From Prolixibacteraceae bacterium (lineage in GTDB: Bacteria; Bacteroidota; Bacteroidia; Bacteroidales; Prolixibacteraceae), in the NCBI GenBank assembly GCA_963676015.2, contig CAXXUQ010000003.1:58256-122255 (forward strand): a stretch of DNA of 64,000 nucleotides. The letters are read 5' to 3'. This document shows positions 57,057 to 64,000 of this stretch, piece by piece. The translations under genes were made by a program, and so were the position numbers. Each line of letters starts with the position of its first letter. Position 1 is the first letter of the stretch. Under the pieces are notes generated by a model, which was not told where the DNA came from, ran no database searches, and worked only from the letters and a program-made list of their open reading frames with translations.

Positions 57057-57258
57057 ATTTAATTTCTGTCTGCTGTAAAAAGTCAAAAAATGGACTTAAA
57101 ATGACACCGTTCAGTGTCCAGGTCGTACCCCCTTTTTGAAATTTAAAAAAGGGGTACGAATTGTCCAAAGTTGACACCTTCCTGTCGCATATTGTCCTGT
57201 CTGTATTGATCTCACTATCAGTTACTAAAATTAGTTTTAAAACGTAAAAAGTGAGATT

Positions 57259-58485
57259 ATGAAACAAGAAAAAAGTACTTTGAATGTGTTGTTTTTCCTC
57301 AAGTTGGATAAGGCTAAAAGAAATGGTTTAGTACCTATTCACGCACGAATTACCATCGATGGTAAACTTACCCAGTTTTATACCAAGCTGGATATTGAGG
57401 AAAAGAAATGGAAATCAGGGCGACCAATCGGGAAATCTGTAGAAGCTAATGGCATCAATTCTACATTGAATGAGATTCGGGCAAGAATACATACGCTTTA
57501 CCATGAAATGCAGCAACGCGATGGTTATGTAACTGCCGAAAAGGTGAAAAATGCGTTTTTAGGTAAGGGAGAAAAAACAATTATCGCCTTCTTTGAGGAG
57601 CATAATCAGCAGTTTAGTTTAAAAGTTGGGAATAGCATATCGACTCATAAAACCTATACCCGTTATGAACTAACTAAAAGCAGGTTGGTCGAATTTATGA
57701 AGGAGAAATATAAGGTTTCGGATATGCCCATTCGGGAAATGAATGCGGTGTTCATTGAAAACTTCTATCTGCATATCCGGGATAATTTTGATTGTTCACA
57801 TAATACCGCGATGAAATTTATTCAACGCTTTCGCACTATTGTCATTTATGCCAAAAATTCCGGGTTGATAACCATTGACCCATTTTCGAATTACAAATTA
57901 AAGTATGATCGTGTAGAAAGGGGGTATCTGAATCAGGAAGAAATTGACCGGATTTATGCAAAACGATTTGCCTCCCAACGACTGGAACAGGTGCGTGATA
58001 TGTTTGTATTTAGTTGTTACACGGGCTTGTCGTATATTGATATTTGCGGGTTGTTGCCCGAAAATATCCGCACTATGTTTGACGGGAATCTTTGGATCGT
58101 GATGAAACGCCATAAAACCAATGTGCCATCAAACATACGCTTGCTGGATATTCCCAAAGCAATTCTGAAAAAATATGAAGGGAAGCTGCCCGATGGTAAG
58201 TTACTTCCGGTAATCAGCAATCAAAAGATGAATGAATATCTGAAAGAGATTACTGCCGTATGCGGTGTTAATAAGACTATTACCTTTCATGTTGCACGGC
58301 ACACATTTGCCACGCTTTCGTTAGGCTATGGCGTTCCTATTGAGACTGTATCCAAGATGCTTGGACATACCGATATTAAAACAACTCAGATCTATGCAAA
58401 GATTACAGATCGAAAATTGAGTGATGATATGGAAATCATGGCTCAAAAAGTTAACGGCAGAAAAATTGCAAATACTTGTATGTGA
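57259..58485 (+). CDS. site-specific tyrosine integrase (Arm-binding + SAM-like + catalytic domains)
   Basis: PIHARITIDG, FVFSCYTGLSYID, KR.KT, TFHVARHTFAT, VSKMLGHTDIKTTQIYA. Confidence 0.96.
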   Translation: MKQEKSTLNVLFFLKLDKAKRNGLVPIHARITIDGKLTQFYTKLDIEEKKWKSGRPIGKSVEANGINSTLNEIRARIHTLYHEMQQRDGYVTAEKVKNAFLGKGEKTIIAFFEEHNQQFSLKVGNSISTHKTYTRYELTKSRLVEFMKEKYKVSDMPIREMNAVFIENFYLHIRDNFDCSHNTAMKFIQRFRTIVIYAKNSGLITIDPFSNYKLKYDRVERGYLNQEEIDRIYAKRFASQRLEQVRDMFVFSCYTGLSYIDICGLLPENIRTMFDGNLWIVMKRHKTNVPSNIRLLDIPKAILKKYEGKLPDGKLLPVISNQKMNEYLKEITAVCGVNKTITFHVARHTFATLSLGYGVPIETVSKMLGHTDIKTTQIYAKITDRKLSDDMEIMAQKVNGRKIANTCM

Positions 58486-58750
58486 AAATTATGGATTTGC
58501 AAATCATTCAGAACAAGATTTTGAAGTCAGAGGTTACAGAGTAATACTGGACTTTTATTAGGTGTAGAAACTCTACAACATAAAAAAGTATTGAAGCCAG
58601 CTATTAAATGTAATATTCAAAGTTTTTTATTCGATGATTTATCAGTATTGAGAAGCCAAACAGCAATAGACATAAACATATCTAACATGTGAGTACTAAA
58701 TTAAACAATTAGGAGTAAATTTCGCAGTCTGAGAAATTAACAAACTATAG

Positions 58751-58920
58751 AGTTATTATATGACCCAGCATGGTTTTGTCAATTATCTGAAGCCAAGAGT
58801 GTTGCAGTTGCTGATGTTGTTAGAGAATCTATGGAATACCAAAATCTGGCTGTTACTCAGGCATACCTAAATGAATTGGACGGTTTTGTTTTGGATAATG
58901 CTTGTGAAATGTTGCTTTGA
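58751..58920 (+). pseudogene. frameshifted C-terminal relic of a tyrosine integrase
   Basis: Two frames read ..QHGFVNYLK.. and ..ADVVRESMEYQNLAVTQAYLNELDGFVLDNACEMLL*, matching RHSFA..LK and S.GH.NLAVTQAYL catalytic ends. Confidence 0.65.
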
Positions 58921-58966
58921 ATGTTGGGGAAAAGGTAGAACTGAGTATGTACCCAATTTTTAATTC

Positions 58967-58974
58967 TACCTTTG
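58967..58974 (+). promoter_or_regulatory. -7 box upstream of the ECF sigma gene
   Basis: TACCTTTG. Confidence 0.5.
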
Positions 58975-59035
58975 CAGATATTTTCTTGATATTTCATTTT
59001 TTTATAATAATAATTGTGAGAAATCATTTTATCTA

Positions 59036-59632
59036 ATGGATAGTCTTACCTGGAATAAGATAAAAGCAGGAGACAAACAAGCCTTTAAACTGTTTTTTGA
59101 TGAATATTATTCGTCATTCTGTCTTTATGCAAATTCTATACTTGACGATTTAGAGCTTTCACAGGATATTGTCAGTGAGTGTTTCGTGAGAATATGGGAA
59201 CGTAAAGATAAAATCCAGATTAAAACGTCTATTGAGAAATATGTATTGCTTTCTGTCCGTAACAGTATTTATAGCTATTTACGCTCGCCTAGAAGTAGAA
59301 ATGTTGATATTGACCTCATTATAGGACGACTTGAAAATACCCCAATTGAAGAATACGATATTGAAAAGGAGGAGACCATTCAACGAGTATATAAGTTGAT
59401 AGAAGAACTTCCAGAGCAACGAAGAAGAATATTGGAGATGGCCACGTTCAAAGGAATGTCCTATAAGGATATTGCCGAAAAACTAAATATCTCTGTTAAT
59501 ACCGTTAAAACGCAATTATCAAGGTCTTACCATTTCCTGCGTGAAAAGTTAGTGGATGACAGTATTATCCTTTGGTTGATTTTTCGAAAAAAAAATAATA
59601 AAATTTTGCTGTCACCCAAATATTCTCTTTAA
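59036..59632 (+). CDS. ECF sigma-70 factor (Bacteroidetes FecI-like)
   Basis: AFKLFFDEYY, DIVSECF.RIWE, LPEQRR.I......G.SYKDIAEKL.ISVNTVKTQL.R. Confidence 0.95.
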   Translation: MDSLTWNKIKAGDKQAFKLFFDEYYSSFCLYANSILDDLELSQDIVSECFVRIWERKDKIQIKTSIEKYVLLSVRNSIYSYLRSPRSRNVDIDLIIGRLENTPIEEYDIEKEETIQRVYKLIEELPEQRRRILEMATFKGMSYKDIAEKLNISVNTVKTQLSRSYHFLREKLVDDSIILWLIFRKKNNKILLSPKYSL

Positions 59633-59643
59633 GCGTCCTTTAT

Positions 59644-60666
59644 GTGCAAAATCTGAAGCACATGGATGAAATGAATAATAAAACATGGGAACTAGTTGTT
59701 GGAAAGGCACATAACAATTTAGACGAAGAGGAAGAGAAGCTATTCAGGGAAATTGAGAATTCAGAGGATACAAAAAGTGCCTTGAAACAAGCAAGACACT
59801 TATATGCCAAATTTCTAAATAGTTATTTAATCCATCGCATTAATAAAGAAAAGAATTGGAAATATATTAGTAATGAAATCAACCATTCTTCCCAATTAAT
59901 AAAACAAATTACTTCGTTTTCTAAATATGCTGCCATATTCCTTTTGGCTATCTTAATTGGGATTATGCTCCCGAAATCTATTACGAAAAAATCACAAACA
60001 TTAGCATATAATAGCATTGAAATGGAGTGGGGGCAAATGAGTAAGATGACTTTGTCCGATGGAACTAAGGTTTGGCTCAATGCTGGTACCACACTTGAAT
60101 ACCCAACTACTTTTGATACTCAAAAACGAAGGGTAAGACTTAATGGTGAGGCTCAGTTTAAGGTTGCCCATAACAACAAAATACCATTTGAAGTAGTAAC
60201 AAAAACAGGTATTATAAAGGTTTATGGAACCACCTTCAATGTCGCATCCTATGACAACGATCCAGAAATGGTTGTAACTCTCATTGAAGGAAAAGTAGCG
60301 ATAGAAAACGATAAAGGTGATCAGTTAGCTATATTAAGACCATCAGAACAAATTAGCATAAGCAAACAAACAGGCGAAGCAAAACTGAAATTAGTAGATA
60401 CCCAATTTTATAGTAGCTGGATCGATGGGAAAATATTACTTCAAGAAACAAAACTCGTTGATTTGGCAACCCTACTTAGGAGATGGTATAATGTGGAAAT
60501 TAATCTTGTTGGGGAAAATATTGGCGATCTTAGAATTTCAGGTACCATAATTAAAGATAAACCGCTTGACCCTTTCTTGAAAATTTTAGAGCGGATGTAT
60601 GGAATAAAATATGAAACAAAGTCAAACAATGATAAAAAAGATGAAATAACAATTTATAAAAACTAG
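59644..60666 (+). CDS. FecR-family anti-sigma factor
   Basis: TM segment, LSDGTKVWLNAGT.L.YP..F...R.V.L.GEA.F.V, V.GT.FNV.SY. Confidence 0.95.
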   Translation: MQNLKHMDEMNNKTWELVVGKAHNNLDEEEEKLFREIENSEDTKSALKQARHLYAKFLNSYLIHRINKEKNWKYISNEINHSSQLIKQITSFSKYAAIFLLAILIGIMLPKSITKKSQTLAYNSIEMEWGQMSKMTLSDGTKVWLNAGTTLEYPTTFDTQKRRVRLNGEAQFKVAHNNKIPFEVVTKTGIIKVYGTTFNVASYDNDPEMVVTLIEGKVAIENDKGDQLAILRPSEQISISKQTGEAKLKLVDTQFYSSWIDGKILLQETKLVDLATLLRRWYNVEINLVGENIGDLRISGTIIKDKPLDPFLKILERMYGIKYETKSNNDKKDEITIYKN

Positions 60667-60697
60667 TTGCCTATGAAGGATTGATCAAGACAAAAAA

Positions 60698-60726
60698 ACG
60701 GTGAAAGTGACCCACACTCCCACCGT
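60698..60726 (+). promoter_or_regulatory. hairpin in the susC leader
   Basis: ACGGTG-AAAGTG...CACT-CC-CACCGT, preceded by an A-tract. Confidence 0.4.
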
Positions 60727-60772
60727 CAAGCGTTTTAACGAATTTAAGTACTAATTAAAACATTTCAAATTT

Positions 60773-63700
60773 ATGAAAAAAATTAATGTAAGTTATTGCC
60801 TTCATTGGCAATGGCGAAAATTATTGTTGATTATGAAGCTCGTTTGGATTTTTATTTTAGCGGGAATGTTTGTCGCAAATGCGAAAACCTTTTCTCAAAA
60901 TGTTCGGCTTGACTTGAAAACAGAAAATGCTTCTCTAAAATCTGTTTTGAGCCAAATAGAAGAAAAGACAGATTACTATTTCTTCTATAAAAATGAAGAG
61001 TTAGAGAATTTTACAAGCATTACTGTTGATGCCAAACAAGAATTGCTTTCAGAACTATTGGATAATATTTTGAAAAATAAGGGATTTGAGTACGAAGTCC
61101 ATGATCATTATATATTAATTCAGAAAGCAAGCGAAAATGGTTCCTTTATGGATTTAATGCAGCAGCAAAAATCTGTCGCGGGTAAAGTTACAGACTCCAC
61201 TGGTGCTCCACTTCCTGGAGTTTCTGTTGTGATAAAAAGTACGACGAAAGGGGTCATAACTGATACTAATGGCAGTTATTCAATAGCTAATGTACCGGCA
61301 AATGCAATCTTGGTTTTTTCATTCGTAGGAATGAAAACACAGGAAGTTTCCGTGACCGGTAAAATAAATATTAATATTTCGATGCAGGAAGAAGCCGTTG
61401 GAATTGAGGAAGTGGTGGCTGTAGGTTATGGAACACAATCAAAAGGCAAATTGACCAGTGCTGTATCGACATTGAAAACAAAAGAATTTCTGAAGGTTCC
61501 ATATGAAAATGTAGGTACTGCATTAGCAGGAAGAATTGCTGGGGTTATAATTCAGAGTAGTGGAGGCGAACCAGGATCATTCCCATCCGTTTCTATCCGA
61601 GGAGGTGATGATCCTCTATATGTTATTGATGGAATTGTAAGGGATAAAACTGCGTTTATGCTTCTATCCAAAGAAGATGTTAGTTCTGTTAGTGTATTAA
61701 AAGATGCATCTGCGACTGCAGTATATGGGGCTAGAGCAGCAAATGGAATTATTCAGGTAACTACGAAACAGGGTACTAAGGGAGAAAAGTTTCAAATTAG
61801 TTATAATTCAAACTTTGCATGGAATACCCCAACTCGGAAGTTGGATCTTATTAGCTCATATAATAAGGCCAAAACTGCAAATGCTATGGCCGAGGCGGAA
61901 GGATTAGGATTGTATTCAAGATATTCAGAAGCAATCCTTGATACGATACAAAGAGGTCTTAATTCATCAAAGTATCCTAATACAAATTGGTACAAAACGG
62001 TTATGCGTAATTATGCTCCACAGCGCGAACAATCATTATCCGTTTCCGGAGGGAACCAATCGACTAAATATTATCTGGGATTAGGAATGCTAAATCAAGG
62101 AAGTTCCTATGTAAATAATGCTGCAGAGTACAAACGGTATACTTATCGGTCAAATATAACAACCTCATTTGATAAAATTGGACTTGATGTTTCTTTAAAT
62201 TTAAATGGCTACATTAAAAAAGCAAAATACCCACCTTTCTCAGCACGGATGATTTTTAGTCACATTGTTGCAAAAAGCCCTCTAGAGAAACCTTACAATA
62301 CTGATGGTACTCTTTCTGCTTTAGTTGATCATCCTCTTGCAGAAATAGAGTCGCCTGGCTATGAAAAGAATAACAATTATTACAATAACGGGAGTCTTGT
62401 CTTTTCATGGGCAGTCCCATGGATTAAGGGATTGACAGTAAAAGCTCTAGGCGACTATGCTGTAAATTCTGGCTATCAGAATACTTTCACAGCATATAAG
62501 GAACAATATGATGAACTAGGAATACTGAGATCTGTATCTGCTCCTTCCTTGAGTTTGTATAATGAATTAGGAACTTCATATAATTATGAAGGACATATTG
62601 ACTATCAGCTATCATTTGGCCAACATAACATAGGCGCAACTTTTGTTACTGAAACCTCTGGCGGCAATACAAATTGGACTATAGCTTCAAGAAAAGATTT
62701 TTTTTCAACTGCTGTAGACCAGCTTTTCGCGGGAAGTTCCAAAAGCATGACTAACAATGGAAATTCAGCCGAATATGGAAGATTAGGTTATATTGGCCGT
62801 GTTAAATATGATTTTAAAAATAAATATTTTGTGGAACTTAGTGGTAGATATGATGGTTCAGATAATTTTCCAAAGATTGATAACAAACGATGGGGATTCT
62901 TCCCCGCTATATCTATGGGATGGAATATCTCAGAGGAAAGTTTTTTTATTCCATTAAAAGAAAAGAATATTTTTAACCTCTTTAAATTAAGAGGATCTGC
63001 TGGTGTTATTGGAAACGATAATTTAGCAAGGTTTGCTTACTTATCCACTTACAATCTTAACTCACAGATTTTTGTTACAGACGGAAATCTTGTGAATGGC
63101 TTCTCTGAAGGTGATTTGGTTAGTAATAACTTGAGTTGGTATACTACAAAATCATATGACTTAGGATTTGATTTTACCTCTTTTAGAAATCACTTATCTG
63201 GTTCATTCGATTATTTTTACAATAGAACTACTGGCTATTTAACAAGTCCACGAGCAAGATATGTCGATCCGTTAGGGAAAAGTTTACCACAGATTAAATC
63301 TGATGCAGCTTATAGAAAAGCAGGGATTGATGCCAGTTTATCTTATAGCAATTCAATAAGGGACTTCTCTTATCAGATTGGGGCGAATATAACGAGTTAT
63401 AATTCGTTATGGGAAAAGGCTAACGAGGATAGTATCACGAATGTAAATCCTTATGTGAGATCACAGGGGGTGCTCGAAAGTTATTACGGTAGTATGTATA
63501 CAAGTGCAGGATTCTATCAGTCATTCGACGATGTATTGAATTATCCGCGACGAATTAGTTCCTCATCACTAGCTCCTGGCGATATTCGATATCAAGACAC
63601 AAACAAAGATGGTAAAATCGATGGTCAGGATTTTCGAAGAATAGGAAATAATTCTTCTCCGCGTTTAGTGTTTGGATTTACTTTGAGTGGTGAATATAAG

Positions 63701-64000
63701 GGATTTAGCATTAATGCACTTATCCAAGGAACTGGGAGAAGAGATATTTATATAGGAGATTATTTGCAAGCGCGTGAAGAAAACCGAGTGAACTTTGGTT
63801 TCCAAGCTGATTATTGGACTTCAGTAAATACAAATGCTAAATATCCCAGGGCTGCGAATTCAAACATAAATAGTAGCAATAATTACTCTTCTTCAAATTT
63901 TTGGTTGTTAGATGCAAGCTATATTCGATTAAAAAGTTTGAGCTTGGCTTATGACCTTAAGAAAGTAGTATTAAAAAATTATAAATGGATAAATTCATTT
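60773..64000 (+). CDS. susC: SusC/RagA TonB-dependent transporter with N-terminal STN domain (truncated by the window end)
   Basis: Absent from the ORF track because no stop falls in the window. Translated by hand at several points, all in the frame of ATG 60773: GKVTDSTGAPLPGVSV, EEVVAVGYGTQ, KDASATAVYGARAANG, FWLLDASYIRLK. Confidence 0.93.
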   Translation, partial: MKKINVSYCLHWQWRKLLLIMKLVWIFILAGMFVANAKTFSQNVRLDLKTENASLKSVLSQIEEKTDYYFFYKNEELENFTSITVDAKQELLSELLDNILKNKGFEYEVHDHYILIQKASENGSFMDLMQQQKSVAGKVTDSTGAPLPGVSVVIKSTTKGVITDTNGSYSIANVPANAILVFSFVGMKTQEVSVTGKININISMQEEAVGIEEVVAVGYGTQSKGKLTSAVSTLKTKEFLKVPYENVGTALAGRIAGVIIQSSGGEPGSFPSVSIRGGDDPLYVIDGIVRDKTAFMLLSKEDVSSVSVLKDASATAVYGARAANGIIQVTTKQGTKGEKFQISYNSNFAWNTPTRKLDLISSYNKAKTANAMAEAEGLGLYSRYSEAILDTIQRGLNSSKYPNTNWYKTVMRNYAPQREQSLSVSGGNQSTKYYLGLGMLNQGSSYVNNAAEYKRYTYRSNITTSFDKIGLDVSLNLNGYIKKAKYPPFSARMIFSHIVAKSPLEKPYNTDGTLSALVDHPLAEIESPGYEKNNNYYNNGSLVFSWAVPWIKGLTVKALGDYAVNSGYQNTFTAYKEQYDELGILRSVSAPSLSLYNELGTSYNYEGHIDYQLSFGQHNIGATFVTETSGGNTNWTIASRKDFFSTAVDQLFAGSSKSMTNNGNSAEYGRLGYIGRVKYDFKNKYFVELSGRYDGSDNFPKIDNKRWGFFPAISMGWNISEESFFIPLKEKNIFNLFKLRGSAGVIGNDNLARFAYLSTYNLNSQIFVTDGNLVNGFSEGDLVSNNLSWYTTKSYDLGFDFTSFRNHLSGSFDYFYNRTTGYLTSPRARYVDPLGKSLPQIKSDAAYRKAGIDASLSYSNSIRDFSYQIGANITSYNSLWEKANEDSITNVNPYVRSQGVLESYYGSMYTSAGFYQSFDDVLNYPRRISSSSLAPGDIRYQDTNKDGKIDGQDFRRIGNNSSPRLVFGFTLSGEYKGFSINALIQGTGRRDIYIGDYLQAREENRVNFGFQADYWTSVNTNAKYPRAANSNINSSNNYSSSNFWLLDASYIRLKSLSLAYDLKKVVLKNYKWINSF

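Noticed and set aside
56976-58773. TGACCCAGC at 58761 as an inverted copy of the att core, implying an invertible integrase switch
   Set aside because: The match is short and falls inside the integrase relic's coding remnant; probably chance.

Overview
Bacteroidetes DNA, judged from TAnnTTTG promoter boxes, tra gene families and a susC gene. About 57 kb is the right-hand part of a CTnDOT-like integrative conjugative element (ICE) whose left end lies outside the window. In order it carries: (1) regulation, excision and replication genes (RteC-like, XRE, rteC, xis-like HTH, a repeat-containing initiator-like gene and a DnaC-like ATPase); (2) a compact tra/T4SS operon, coupling protein, oriT candidate, mobA-type gene and relaxase; (3) a defence island with a type I R-M locus interrupted by a PD-(D/E)XK nuclease and a SatD + DUF3307 pair, then a nuclease-DUF5655 gene, a SPARTA (TIR-APAZ + short pAgo) operon and yefM with a decayed yoeB; (4) an anti-defence block (ardC, a methylase-like gene lacking the catalytic motif, a small gene) with two near-identical structured leaders; (5) an 18 kb arsenic/metal/thiol-redox cluster. 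The ICE appears to end at a tRNA 3'-end remnant (about 56966-56987). A second tyrosine integrase, an integrase relic and an ECF sigma/FecR/SusC locus follow, the last running off the window. The best candidates for something undescribed are the SatD-DUF3307 module with its operator array inside the R-M locus, the duplicated covarying structured leader, the 5 x 54-bp iteron-like array inside the initiator-like gene, and a Cys-rich MacB-type ABC module inside the ars operon. All family assignments are from motif recognition by eye; no searches were run.
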